NCBI GenBank assembly: GCA_963801355.1
Contig: CAWDEM010000004.1
Coordinates: 992,001 to 1,056,000 of the forward strand
Length of the DNA: 64,000 bases
From: Ignavibacteriota bacterium
GTDB taxonomy: Bacteria; Bacteroidota; Ignavibacteria; UBA10030; UBA6906
Reading direction: 5' to 3'
The notes beneath the pieces were generated by a model. The model saw only the letters and a list, made by a program, of their open reading frames with translations. It did no database searches and was not told where the DNA came from. This document shows, one piece after another, positions 34,795-43,878 of the stretch (position 1 is its first letter; every line of letters starts with the position of its first letter). Both the position numbers and the translations under genes were made by a program.

Positions 34795-37713
34795 ATGTCC
34801 CTGCCGGAATTTTCCCGTTTGGGTTTTGCTGATACGCGCCGCGCAGAGCGGGCACTGACCGCACTGCATGAGCAGATGCTCGCCTCCGGGAGCAGCTTCA
34901 CGCCTGCAGACCTTACGAAGGCTCTCTCCGTTCACCTTCCGGCGGCTCCGGATCCTGACCTTGCTCTTTCGGGGCTTCTCCGGTTTACCGAAGCCACGCT
35001 CAGCCGTTCGGGATTGTTCAACGATCTGCTGCAACACTCCGTTCTGCTCGATATGATGGTGCGGGTGCTCGGTGATTCAGTATTCTTCACCGACATACTT
35101 GTGAGGGATCCGGGTCTCTTCCGCTGGCTGACGGCTTCCGGTGTGCTCTCTGTTCCGCTGCACAAGGATGATGTGCGGGCCGACGTGCAGAGGTTGTGCG
35201 AGGCGTTCCCCCGGGCGGAGCGCCGGCTCGATGCCCTCCGTCGCCTTCTCCGCCGCGAAGTGCTTCGTGTGGGAGTGCAGGATATCCTCGGGCTGACCGA
35301 TCTCCGCTTCATTACATCCCAGCTCTCGGACCTTGCCGATGTGGTCATCGACGCTGTGCTGGTTGCCACGTGTGAGCAGTTGCGGCAGAAGTACGGCACC
35401 GTGCCTGCAGAGCCGTTCGCGGTCATCGGGTTGGGAAAACTCGGCGGGCGGGAACTCAACTACAGTTCCGACGTCGACCTGTTGTTCGTATACGGCGCGG
35501 ACGGGACCACCCCGGGTCTCTCATGTTCGCACCATGAGTTCTTTATTGAGCTCGCCGGACGGTTGGTGCAGAATCTGACCCAGCCCACGGCCGAGGGACA
35601 CATGTACCGCGTGGACATGCGCCTGCGCCCTGAGGCAGGTGCCGGTGCTCTGGCGCGCCCGGTGAACGGCTACCTCCTGTACTATGAGTCACGGGGAGAG
35701 CTGTGGGAACGACAAATGCTCCTGAAAGCGCGTCCGGTTGCCGGGTCCCGGGAACTGGGAGGGGGTTTCCTCACAGCACTCGAGCCATTTGTCTACCCGC
35801 GAACACTGATGGAACACCCGGGTGAATCGATTGCGCGGATCAAGGGACGCATTGAAGCGAGCATCGGCGATGCGGCAAACGTGAAGCTCATGGCAGGCGG
35901 GATACGGGATATTGAATTCATAGTCCAGGCGCTGCAGTTGATCCACGGCGGGCGTGACCGCTCCCTCCATACGGAGAACACCCTTGATGCGGTGGAGGCG
36001 CTCCGCAAGGCATCGCTGGTCGGCGAAACGGAGGCGCGTTCGCTCACCGAAGCGTATGTATTCCTCCGGACGGTGGAACACAGGCTCCAGACCATGCACA
36101 ACACGCAGGTCCACACGCTCCCGGCGGACGGGCGGGCACTCACGCGTCTGGCACGCCGTATCGGATTGACGTCAGGAAAGAGCCTGCAGCATGCAGTTGA
36201 CCGGCACCGGAGAAGCGTGCGCCGGGTATTCGATGCGGTGATGCGCGTCGAGCAGAGCGTGACCGGAGGAGATGTGTCGGCACTGCTCGATGGATTGCTT
36301 CCCGAGCAGATTGCCCGGCAGCTTCTGGAACAGCACGGGTTCCGGGATGTGCGCCAGGCGATCCGCGATCTGCGCGTCCTGAGCGGAGGGTCCGGGCTTA
36401 TGGACACGCAAGACACAGATGCACGGATCCGGAGCGGATTCAGAAAGATGGCGGGAGTTCTGCTGCAGGATGTGGCCGGGACTCCGGACCCGGATCTCAC
36501 CCTCCGCGGTATGGCGATTCTTGCCGGTGCCCAATCCTCTCCCGGAGGTTTTCACACTCAACTTGCCGATGCACGCTTCCGGAAGCTCATCACCGACATC
36601 TCCGCCTTTGGTCCATGGTGTATGCGCGCGCTTGCGGCTGACCCTCCGTTGCTCGATGCGATTGCCGGAGACATCACGGCGTTGAGTGTGCCGGCTCCAT
36701 TGTCGTTGCCGCCCACATCAAGCCTGGTGCACCTGAAACACCAACGAGAACTCCTGGTGTGTGTGCGCCACCTTCTGGGATTCTGCTCTTTCGAAGAAAT
36801 GACAGCAGAGTTGAGCAATCTCGCAGATTATATAGTGAGTGTCGTTTCAGAGGGTTCGACATCCGGTCCGCCACTGGCAGTATTCGCCGCGGGGAAATTC
36901 GGCACCCGGGAGGCGACCCTCGATGCCGATCTCGATCTGCTTTTTGTGACCCATGCCCCCCGGGGCCGTGAGCTTGCCGCGGCGGAACGGCGGGCCGCGG
37001 GCATCGTCGCGTCGCTGAGCACCATCGGCCCCGAAGGGCGCTTGTATGAAACCGACCTCCGGCTGCGCCCCGAAGGGCGCAATGCGCCGCTGGTTGTGGA
37101 TAGCGCCCGGTACAAAGAGTACCTGGCACGGCGCGCATCCCTCTGGGAGCGTCAAATGCTTACGCGAGTCCGCTTCGTGTGCGGTGACCGACAGCTCGGC
37201 GAGCGTGTGCTGCACATGCTCTTCGGGCATGTGTTCACGTCACCTCTCCCCGCCGGCTGGGTGGCGGACACCATCGGCATGCGCCGCAAAATGGAGACCC
37301 GCTCCCGCACACGGGGCAGTGCAATTGTCGACATCAAGCTCGGCCCCGGCGGCATGGCCGACATCGAGTTCCTCGTGCAGATGTGGATGATGCAGCGTCG
37401 ATCCCCTCCCCCGGGAAACAGAACGGTTCGGGCACTCCTTACAGGAGCCTCCGGGGAATTCCTTGAGGCCGCGGAGGCCGAACTGTGCAGGGAGGCCTAC
37501 GCGGCGTACCGGCGGCTCGAGCTCCTGCTTCGCGTCACACTGGAAGAGAGATCATCGATTCTGCCGACCGGCGCACGGCTCGATACACTGGCCAGGCGGT
37601 ATGGTGTGAAGAGCGGCGCAGAACTCGCCGCGACGGTGACCGGGACAATGCGGGAAATCCGCCGCGTGCTCATGAGTGCTGCGGATCGGCTTGCCAAAGG
37701 AGGAATGGGATAA
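34795..37713 (+). CDS. glnE: Bifunctional glutamine synthetase adenylyltransferase / deadenylase
   Basis: GKLGGRELNYSSDVDL, YRVDMRLRP, WERQMLLKAR, KL..GGIRDIEF; second NTase domain with LYETDLRLRPEG and IKLGPGGMADIEF. Confidence 0.92.
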   Translation: MSLPEFSRLGFADTRRAERALTALHEQMLASGSSFTPADLTKALSVHLPAAPDPDLALSGLLRFTEATLSRSGLFNDLLQHSVLLDMMVRVLGDSVFFTDILVRDPGLFRWLTASGVLSVPLHKDDVRADVQRLCEAFPRAERRLDALRRLLRREVLRVGVQDILGLTDLRFITSQLSDLADVVIDAVLVATCEQLRQKYGTVPAEPFAVIGLGKLGGRELNYSSDVDLLFVYGADGTTPGLSCSHHEFFIELAGRLVQNLTQPTAEGHMYRVDMRLRPEAGAGALARPVNGYLLYYESRGELWERQMLLKARPVAGSRELGGGFLTALEPFVYPRTLMEHPGESIARIKGRIEASIGDAANVKLMAGGIRDIEFIVQALQLIHGGRDRSLHTENTLDAVEALRKASLVGETEARSLTEAYVFLRTVEHRLQTMHNTQVHTLPADGRALTRLARRIGLTSGKSLQHAVDRHRRSVRRVFDAVMRVEQSVTGGDVSALLDGLLPEQIARQLLEQHGFRDVRQAIRDLRVLSGGSGLMDTQDTDARIRSGFRKMAGVLLQDVAGTPDPDLTLRGMAILAGAQSSPGGFHTQLADARFRKLITDISAFGPWCMRALAADPPLLDAIAGDITALSVPAPLSLPPTSSLVHLKHQRELLVCVRHLLGFCSFEEMTAELSNLADYIVSVVSEGSTSGPPLAVFAAGKFGTREATLDADLDLLFVTHAPRGRELAAAERRAAGIVASLSTIGPEGRLYETDLRLRPEGRNAPLVVDSARYKEYLARRASLWERQMLTRVRFVCGDRQLGERVLHMLFGHVFTSPLPAGWVADTIGMRRKMETRSRTRGSAIVDIKLGPGGMADIEFLVQMWMMQRRSPPPGNRTVRALLTGASGEFLEAAEAELCREAYAAYRRLELLLRVTLEERSSILPTGARLDTLARRYGVKSGAELAATVTGTMREIRRVLMSAADRLAKGGMG

Positions 37714-39557
37714 TGGAGAGGATGCCGTTGGTGATGCGCCCCGCGGTATGGGCTGCCGGTGTTGCGTCGGCCGGCCTGACCATCTACCTGCTGACATCGT
37801 CACCCACTGTGGGCTTCATCGACAGCGGCGAACTGGCCACGGTGGCGGTGACGCTCGGCATCGCCCATCCGACTGGATATCCGCTCTTCACGTTGCTCGG
37901 GTGGATCGCGGCACATATCCCGCTGGGATCGGAAGAGATCGTCCGGCTGAATTGGATGGCGGCCCTCTACACCGCGGGCGCGGTACTGATGATTTTTCTC
38001 TGCGCCTACCGGTTGGTCTCGTTGCTCGGGCAGCGCCTCCCCGGCGGAAAAAAAGCGGATGCATTGCTCCTGCTCTCTGCGTCTGCGGGGGGAACGATGA
38101 TGCTGGCGTTCTCGGAGACCTTCTGGCTCCAGGCGGTCGCCGTCGAGGTCTACTCGCTCCATCTGTTGCTGCTGGGGATTGTTCTTCTCCTGTCATTCCG
38201 CGCCCGGGATGAGCGGTTGCCCCTGTACTGGTACGCCGCTGCGTTTTTTCTCGGGCTGAGCTTCACCAATCATATGACCACGATAATGCTGCTGCCGGGT
38301 CTGCTGTATCTGTACTTCGCGGACGGTCCGCGGGGACATTCGCGCTGGACGGTGGCGGGAAAGTCGGCCGGATTTTTCCTGCTCGGTCTGACACCGTATC
38401 TGTACCTGCCGCTGCGGGCTGCGCAATCACCGGTCATGAACTGGGGAAATCCGACTGATCTCGGACGGCTGCTGTCTCATCTGAGCGGGAAACAGTACAG
38501 CGTCTGGATCTTCTCGTCGCCCGAAGCAGCGTCACGCCAGCTGTCATATTTTCTCACGTCCATCCCGGGCGAATTCGCCGTTGTCGGACTGGTCTGCGGC
38601 GTCATCGGCGCCGTGGCGCTCTGGCGGGCGCACCGGAAGACCGCGATTGCGACTTTCTTGCTGTTCGCCGTGTGCGTGTTCCAGGCGGTCAACTACGATA
38701 TTCATGACATCGATGCATATTTCCTGCTGGCATACGTGTGCACCGGTCTCTGGGCGGCCTGCGGTCTGTTCAGTGTTGGGGTATGGTGGGGACGGAAGGT
38801 CGGACGGGCGAAGCAATGGTGGTGTGTGATCGCCGTCGCGATGGGCGTCATTCCTCTCTTCGTGCACTACGCGCGTGTCGATGAAAGTGAGAACTATCTG
38901 GCCGACGACTACACGCACAACATGTTCGCCTCATTGCAGCCGAGCGCAGTTGTTCTGTCGTATCAATGGGACTACTGGGTTTCGGCGTCGCACTATTATC
39001 AACTGGTGCGCGGTGAGCGGAATGACATTGCTGTTATTGACAAAGAGCTCTTGCGGCGATCGTGGTACTTCCACGTGCTGGAATCCCGGTATCCCTGGCT
39101 TATCGAGGGTTCGCGTCCGGAGGTGGAAGGATTCCTCAAGGAACTGTACAAGTTCGAGCACGGTCTCCCGTACGCATCGCAGGTCATCGAGGCAAAGTTC
39201 ACCGGAATGATTCTGAGCTTTATCGACAAGAGCATGCCGGCGCGGCCCGTGTATGTGACTGCAGAGATAGAAGAACAGTATACCGGGGGGCTGCGGAGGG
39301 TTCCGGAGGGGTTGGCGTTCCGCCTGGTGAGGGGGAACGCGCTGGTCGCCGTGCCTGCGCTCCCCGACTTCCGGATACGTCCGTTTGCCCGGAAGGGGAG
39401 GATTGAGGACATGTTCTGGAGGTTGTACGCATCCGCGTACCGGGCGATCGGGGAACAGCTGCTTCTGACGGGGGATCGGGAGCAGTCGCAGAAGGCATTT
39501 TCGCGGGCAGCCCGTCTGGGGGTGGGAGACGCGGGAAATTCCGGCCGTTTCGAATGA
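37713..39557 (+). CDS. DUF2723 / TMEM260-like multi-pass glycosyltransferase
   Basis: DSGEL, LGIAHPTGYPL, FWLQA...EVY, LSFTNH, YLYLPLRA, NWGNP; TAATG overlap with glnE. Confidence 0.85.
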   Translation: MERMPLVMRPAVWAAGVASAGLTIYLLTSSPTVGFIDSGELATVAVTLGIAHPTGYPLFTLLGWIAAHIPLGSEEIVRLNWMAALYTAGAVLMIFLCAYRLVSLLGQRLPGGKKADALLLLSASAGGTMMLAFSETFWLQAVAVEVYSLHLLLLGIVLLLSFRARDERLPLYWYAAAFFLGLSFTNHMTTIMLLPGLLYLYFADGPRGHSRWTVAGKSAGFFLLGLTPYLYLPLRAAQSPVMNWGNPTDLGRLLSHLSGKQYSVWIFSSPEAASRQLSYFLTSIPGEFAVVGLVCGVIGAVALWRAHRKTAIATFLLFAVCVFQAVNYDIHDIDAYFLLAYVCTGLWAACGLFSVGVWWGRKVGRAKQWWCVIAVAMGVIPLFVHYARVDESENYLADDYTHNMFASLQPSAVVLSYQWDYWVSASHYYQLVRGERNDIAVIDKELLRRSWYFHVLESRYPWLIEGSRPEVEGFLKELYKFEHGLPYASQVIEAKFTGMILSFIDKSMPARPVYVTAEIEEQYTGGLRRVPEGLAFRLVRGNALVAVPALPDFRIRPFARKGRIEDMFWRLYASAYRAIGEQLLLTGDREQSQKAFSRAARLGVGDAGNSGRFE

Positions 39558-39598
39558 CCCACAAACCCCGCTTTTGAGCAACAAAGCATCTTTTTTGA

Positions 39599-39626
39599 TT
39601 GACTATTTGTCGGAATTTCTTATATT
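39599..39626 (+). promoter_or_regulatory. Sigma70-type promoter TTGACT-N16-TATATT for the tRNA-secE-nusG operon
   Basis: Near-consensus hexamers with a T-rich upstream tract. Confidence 0.7.
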
Positions 39627-39700
39627 ACTTTGCTTAGCCGTCAAAGTTACCCCGGTAGTCACGCCGTGTTGGTGGGGCGCGACGAGGGGGTGTTCTGTCT

Positions 39701-39773
39701 GCTGGCGTAGCTCAATCGGTAGAGCAGCTGATTTGTAATCAGCAGGTTATCAGTTCAAGTCTGATCGCCAGCT
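39701..39773 (+). tRNA. tRNA-Thr(TGT)
   Basis: Acceptor GCTGGCG/CGCCAGC, anticodon arm GCTGA-TTTGTAA-TCAGC, GTTCAA T loop; no encoded CCA. Confidence 0.96.
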
Positions 39774-39836
39774 CAAGAGGACAGGTTCTGCGTCGCAGGC
39801 AGGGTCGACAGTTCGCTCCCGGAATGGGATGTGGTG

Positions 39837-39847
39837 GTTCTTTGAAA
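39837..39847 (+). promoter_or_regulatory. boxA-like antitermination element GTTCTTTGAAA
   Basis: Matches the rrn-type boxA pattern; immediately upstream of tRNA-Tyr. Confidence 0.5.
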
Positions 39848-39849
39848 GC

Positions 39850-39932
39850 GGGCAGGTAGCGAAGTGGTCAAACGCAACAGACTGTAAATCTGTCGGCTCC
39901 GGCCTTCGGAGGTTCGACTCCTCCCCTGCCCA
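39850..39932 (+). tRNA. tRNA-Tyr(GTA)
   Basis: GGGCAGG/CCTGCCC acceptor, ACAGA-CTGTAAA-TCTGT anticodon arm, long variable arm. Confidence 0.96.
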
Positions 39933-39935
39933 CAA

Positions 39936-39977
39936 CCAATTGACGATAGTCCATGGACAATCGACTATGGTCAATGG
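39936..39977. repeat. Heptamer-unit (TnGwCnA) inverted repeat between tRNA-Tyr and tRNA-Gly
   Basis: TTGACGA TAGTCCA TGGACAA TCGACTA TGGTCAA; folds as a hairpin. Confidence 0.75.
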
Positions 39978-39995
39978 GTCGCGGGTGTGCGAACT

Positions 39996-40068
39996 GCGGG
40001 AGTAACTCAGTTGGTAGAGTCACAGCCTTCCAAGCTGTTGGTCGCGGGTTCGAGTCCCGTCTCCCGCT
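39996..40068 (+). tRNA. tRNA-Gly(TCC)
   Basis: GCGGGAG/CTCCCGC acceptor, ACAGC-CTTCCAA-GCTGT anticodon arm. Confidence 0.96.
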
Positions 40069-40110
40069 CGGACAATTGTGGATTGTGGATCGACCTTCCA
40101 CAATTGTGAA
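40069..40110. repeat. Heptamer-unit inverted repeat between tRNA-Gly and tRNA-Thr
   Basis: CGGACAA TTGTGGA TTGTGGA TCGACCT TCCACAA TTGTGAA; perfect 11-bp stem ACAATTGTGGA/TCCACAATTGT. Confidence 0.75.
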
Positions 40111-40116
40111 TTGGTT

Positions 40117-40189
<73 letters not shown>

Positions 40190-40256
40190 CAAACGGTGGT
40201 CCACGCAGCACATCACCGCCACCACGCCAGACATCACAGAGAGCACCGAGGTTCAC

Positions 40257-40406
40257 GTGAGAGACATCATCACCCTGGAATGCACCGACTGCAAGCGGCG
40301 GAACTACACCACAACGAAGAACAAGAAGAAACAGACGGGCCGGGTGGAGTATAAAAAGTACTGCCGTTGGTGCGGCAAGCACACGACACACAAGGAAACG
40401 CGCTGA
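40257..40406 (+). CDS. rpmG: 50S ribosomal protein L33, zinc-ribbon form (49 aa, not in the ORF track)
   Basis: GTG start after GAGG; [49 protein letters not shown]. Confidence 0.95.
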   Translation: MRDIITLECTDCKRRNYTTTKNKKKQTGRVEYKKYCRWCGKHTTHKETR

Positions 40407-40450
40407 CCCGGCCTGTGTTTGCGGGCAACGGTGTGCCCCTGTCTGCGCAC

Positions 40451-40524
40451 ACGTCAGTAGCTCAATTGGCTAGAGCAGCGGTCTCCAAAACCGCAGGTTG
40501 GGGGTTCGAGTCCCTCCTGACGTG
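40451..40524 (+). tRNA. tRNA-Trp(CCA)
   Basis: ACGTCAG/CTGACGT acceptor, GCGGT-CTCCAAA-ACCGC anticodon arm. Confidence 0.96.
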
Positions 40525-40538
40525 CAAATAAAATCCCG

Positions 40539-40576
40539 ATTGACAGTCGTCAATGGACTAGTGACTATTGTCAATG
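40539..40576. repeat. Heptamer-unit inverted repeat between tRNA-Trp and secE
   Basis: TTGACAG TCGTCAA TGGACTA GTGACTA TTGTCAA; 27/35 identical to the Tyr-Gly spacer element. Confidence 0.75.
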
Positions 40577-40607
40577 TTGTCTTATGCGATAGTCCGTGGA
40601 TATTCCC

Positions 40608-40790
40608 ATGAAAGAAAAAATCATCAATTTCTTCACCGACGTGGTGAAGGAAATGAAGAAGGTCACCTGGCCAAAGAAGGACGATCTGCGCGACTCCACG
40701 ATCATCGTGCTCCTCGTCTGCCTCATCATTGCCTTCTTCGTATGGGTGGTTGACACCGGCATCAGCTTTGTGATGCAGCAGATCCTTTAA
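40608..40790 (+). CDS. secE: Preprotein translocase subunit SecE
   Basis: EMKKVTWP motif, one TM helix, position before nusG. Confidence 0.95.
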   Translation: MKEKIINFFTDVVKEMKKVTWPKKDDLRDSTIIVLLVCLIIAFFVWVVDTGISFVMQQIL

Positions 40791-40807
40791 GAGCAAGGGC
40801 GACCCAG

Positions 40808-41341
40808 GTGGACAAAAAATGGTACGTGGTCCGCACGTATTCGGGCCATGAAAACAAGGTCAAAGCCTATCTCGAGAACGAGGCGGCGCAGGCGGGGTTG
40901 TCGGAAAAGATCTCGTCCGTTATCGTGCCGTCCGAGAAGGTCTTTGAGGTGAAAGACGGGAAGAAGAAAAGCAAGACGCGCACCTTCTTTCCCGGCTACA
41001 TCCTCGTGGAAGCTGTGCTGGACAAAGGCACGCAGCACCTGATCCTCAATACACCCTCGGTCATCAGTTTTGTCGGGCCGAAGAACGCGCCCGCGCCCCT
41101 CCAGCCTTCCGAGGTGCGACGGCTCATCGGGAAGATCGAGGAACGGAAGGATGTGGAAGTGCTCGAAATCCCCTTCCGTCTCGGCGAAGCGGTCAAAGTG
41201 ATCGACGGGCCGTTCAACAATTTCAGCGGTTTCGTTCAGGAAGTGAACGAAGAGAAGATGAAACTCAAGGTCATGGTATCCATCTTCGGCCGGAAGACTC
41301 CGGTGGAACTGGATTTTAGCCAGGTGGAACTCGAGAAATAG
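40808..41341 (+). CDS. nusG: Transcription elongation factor NusG
   Basis: WYVVRTYSGHE, FFPGYILV, KOW GPFNNFSG, IFGRKTPVEL. Confidence 0.97.
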   Translation: MDKKWYVVRTYSGHENKVKAYLENEAAQAGLSEKISSVIVPSEKVFEVKDGKKKSKTRTFFPGYILVEAVLDKGTQHLILNTPSVISFVGPKNAPAPLQPSEVRRLIGKIEERKDVEVLEIPFRLGEAVKVIDGPFNNFSGFVQEVNEEKMKLKVMVSIFGRKTPVELDFSQVELEK

Positions 41342-41371
41342 TGTTTGTCTGAATAGCGGAAAGCACCAGTC

Positions 41372-41797
41372 ATGAAGAAAGTTGCCGGGTTCGTCAAACT
41401 CCAGATTCCTGCCGGGCAGGCAAACCCTGCGCCCCCCGTCGGCCCTGCCCTGGGCCAGAAGGGCGTGAACATCATGGAGTTCTGCAAACAGTTCAATGCG
41501 CGCACACAGTCCCAGCCGGGGATGGTGATCCCCGTGGTCATCACGGTCTACTCGGATAAGTCGTTTACCTTTATCACGAAGACTCCCCCCGCCGCCGTGT
41601 TGCTCGCCAAAGCAGCGAAGGTGGAGAAGGGATCGGCTGAGTCGAACCGGACCAAGGTGGGGACGGTGACGTCGAAACAGGTGCGAGAGATCGCCCAGCT
41701 GAAGATGGCCGACCTGAACGCCAACGACGTGGAATCCGCGATGAGCATGGTGGCCGGCACGGCACGCAGCATGGGCATTTCGGTTGTAGAAGGCTGA
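41372..41797 (+). CDS. rplK: 50S ribosomal protein L11
   Basis: [27 protein letters not shown]. Confidence 0.98.
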   Translation: MKKVAGFVKLQIPAGQANPAPPVGPALGQKGVNIMEFCKQFNARTQSQPGMVIPVVITVYSDKSFTFITKTPPAAVLLAKAAKVEKGSAESNRTKVGTVTSKQVREIAQLKMADLNANDVESAMSMVAGTARSMGISVVEG

Positions 41798-41870
41798 CGC
41801 GTTCGCGCCGCCCGCTGTGTGCCATGAGCGACGCGGAACAGAATACTCTCTTATGGTGTGATAGGCTGTC

Positions 41871-41904
41871 GTGGGAGTCCGCATGGAGCGGACGTTTGTA
41901 CCAC
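41871..41904 (+). promoter_or_regulatory. L1-binding autoregulatory RNA site upstream of rplA
   Basis: GTGGGAG-TCCGC-ATGGA-GCGGA-CGTTTGTACCAC matches the GUGG-GAG-hairpin-CCAC layout known before rplA. Confidence 0.7.
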
Positions 41905-41923
41905 ATTATGAAAGAACGGAGCA

Positions 41924-42619
41924 ATGAAATTCAGTAAACGCTTCAAGGCACTCACACAGAAAATCGAACCCAAGGCATATAGTGTGGAAGAGGCGGTCGC
42001 GAAAGTCAAAGAAACCGCGACAGCCAAGTTCACGGAGTCCGTCGATATCGCCGTCCGCCTGGGTGTTGACCCGAAGAAGGCGGATCAGGCGGTGCGTGGC
42101 ACCGTGGCGTTGCCGCACGGCATCGGCCGGGAAGTGCGCGTGCTGGTGCTCGCACGTCCTCCGCGTGATGAAGAGGCCAGAGCTGCAGGGGCCGATCATG
42201 CGGGTCTGGCGGACTACGTCACGAAGATCCAGGGCGGGTGGGCAGATATTGACGTCATTATCGCGACCCCGGACGTAATGGGCGAGGTCGGCAAGCTGGG
42301 GAAGATCCTCGGGCCCCGCGGTCTCATGCCGAACCCCAAGAGCGGCACGGTGACCACCGACGTCGCCAAAGCCGTCAAGGAAGTGAAAGCCGGAAAGATC
42401 GAATTTCGCGTCGACAAGGCGGGCATCCTGCACTCCTCTGTCGGCAAAGCCAACTTCGAGCCGGTGCAGCTGGTCGAGAACATCCACGCATTCATCGCCG
42501 CCGTCTTCCGGCTGAAGCCGGCCACGGCGAAAGGGACGTACATCAAGAGCATCCATCTGTCGAGCACGATGGGGCCGGGTGTGGAGATCGACCGCGCGCA
42601 GGCTGCGGAGCGGCACTAA
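41924..42619 (+). CDS. rplA: 50S ribosomal protein L1
   Basis: [31 protein letters not shown]. Confidence 0.98.
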   Translation: MKFSKRFKALTQKIEPKAYSVEEAVAKVKETATAKFTESVDIAVRLGVDPKKADQAVRGTVALPHGIGREVRVLVLARPPRDEEARAAGADHAGLADYVTKIQGGWADIDVIIATPDVMGEVGKLGKILGPRGLMPNPKSGTVTTDVAKAVKEVKAGKIEFRVDKAGILHSSVGKANFEPVQLVENIHAFIAAVFRLKPATAKGTYIKSIHLSSTMGPGVEIDRAQAAERH

Positions 42620-42655
42620 ACGCATGTTACGCACTCAGTACCCATAGCATCACCT

Positions 42656-42724
42656 CACAGCCGTACGTCTGTTGCCCGGCCTCACGGACCGGGGCTTCTC
42701 TCCAGACGGTGTTCGGCGCTGTGA
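42656..42724 (+). promoter_or_regulatory. Long hairpin in the rplJ leader, at the position of the L10 leader
   Basis: TCACAGC/GCTGTGA and GTCTG/CAGAC pairings; canonical L10-leader sequence not clearly recognisable. Confidence 0.4.
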
Positions 42725-42739
42725 CAACGAAAGGAAGGC

Positions 42740-43264
42740 ATGAAACGATCGGAAAAAGATCAGATCATCGCCGAAGTGGCTGAAATTGCCGGCCGCGCGC
42801 ACGGGATGTTCTTCACCGATTTCGGCGGGCTGACAGTGGAACAGGCGACGGAACTCCGGCGCGAGTTCCGCAAAGCCGGCATCGATTACCGGGTCGCGAA
42901 GAATACCCTGATCCGGAAGGCACTCGAGCAGGTGGGCGGATATGATCGCGTGTTCGACAAGCTCGCCGGTCCGACCGGCGTGGCGTTTGCATACGACGAT
43001 CCTGTCGCACCGGCAAAGATCATTCAGAAGTTCACGGAGAAGCACAAAAAGCTCTCCTTGAAGGTCTGCATGATCGAGCACGAGATGTACGAAGGATCCC
43101 GTCTGGCGGAGATCGCGAAAATCCCGTCCCGGCCGGAACTTGTGGCAGCCATACTCGGCAGTATCCAGGCGCCTCTCGCAGGCGTGCCTGGCGCGGTGAA
43201 CGCGGTGCTGCGCGACCTCGTCAGTGTGATCGACGAAGTCGGCAAACAGAAACAGGCCGCGTAA
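42740..43264 (+). CDS. rplJ: 50S ribosomal protein L10
   Basis: GLTVEQATELRR, RVAKNTL, GPTGVAF. Confidence 0.97.
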   Translation: MKRSEKDQIIAEVAEIAGRAHGMFFTDFGGLTVEQATELRREFRKAGIDYRVAKNTLIRKALEQVGGYDRVFDKLAGPTGVAFAYDDPVAPAKIIQKFTEKHKKLSLKVCMIEHEMYEGSRLAEIAKIPSRPELVAAILGSIQAPLAGVPGAVNAVLRDLVSVIDEVGKQKQAA

Positions 43265-43315
43265 CGCGGACACCAGATTAACGATAGAAGACGATAAACC
43301 AGAGGAGATACCCCA

Positions 43316-43696
43316 ATGTCAGCAGTGCAGGAACTCGTTGAGAAGATTGAAAAGCTCACCCTCCTTGAGGCGGTCGAGCTCAAGAAGGCGCTGGAGGAAA
43401 AGTTCGGTGTGACCGCTGCGGCCCCGATGATGATGGGCGCCATGATGCCCGCCGCCGGTGCTGCGGCAGCGCCTGTCGAAGAGAAGACCGAATTCACCGT
43501 CGTGCTGAAAGAAACCGGCGCGCAGAAAATCAACGTGATCAAGGTTGTCCGTGCCGCCACCGGTCTCGGACTCAAAGAAGCCAAGGATCTCGTGGACGGT
43601 GCTCCGAAGCCCGTGAAGGAAAGCATCTCGAAAGACGATGCCGAGAAGCTCAAGAAAGAGCTGGAAGAAGCCGGAGCGACGGTCGAGTTGAAGTAA
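43316..43696 (+). CDS. rplL: 50S ribosomal protein L7/L12
   Basis: [37 protein letters not shown]. Confidence 0.98.
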   Translation: MSAVQELVEKIEKLTLLEAVELKKALEEKFGVTAAAPMMMGAMMPAAGAAAAPVEEKTEFTVVLKETGAQKINVIKVVRAATGLGLKEAKDLVDGAPKPVKESISKDDAEKLKKELEEAGATVELK

Positions 43697-43878
43697 GTCG
43701 TGTCGAGCCGGGGCTGACCGCATCCGGTCCGCCCCGGCGGGTATTATCACTGCCCGGCAAGCCGCTGTACTCAGGCGATGACTCTCCCCGTGCAGGCCCG
43801 TGATGTGGCCTGCGCGTTCTTGTCAGGGAGACGGGGGCGCCGGGCGTTTGAGACCATCAACACGAAGGAGTGGTGCTC

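Noticed and set aside
39570-39597. Possible terminator after the DUF2723 gene
   Set aside because: Only a weak 5-bp stem; the T-run is better explained as the upstream element of the tRNA promoter
40540-40571. TTGACA upstream of secE as a -35 box
   Set aside because: No -10 hexamer at 16-18 nt spacing; it is part of the heptamer hairpin
40748-40756. Third GTGTCAACC match (minus strand, inside secE)
   Set aside because: No GGTGTC box at the N14 position and it lies within a coding sequence
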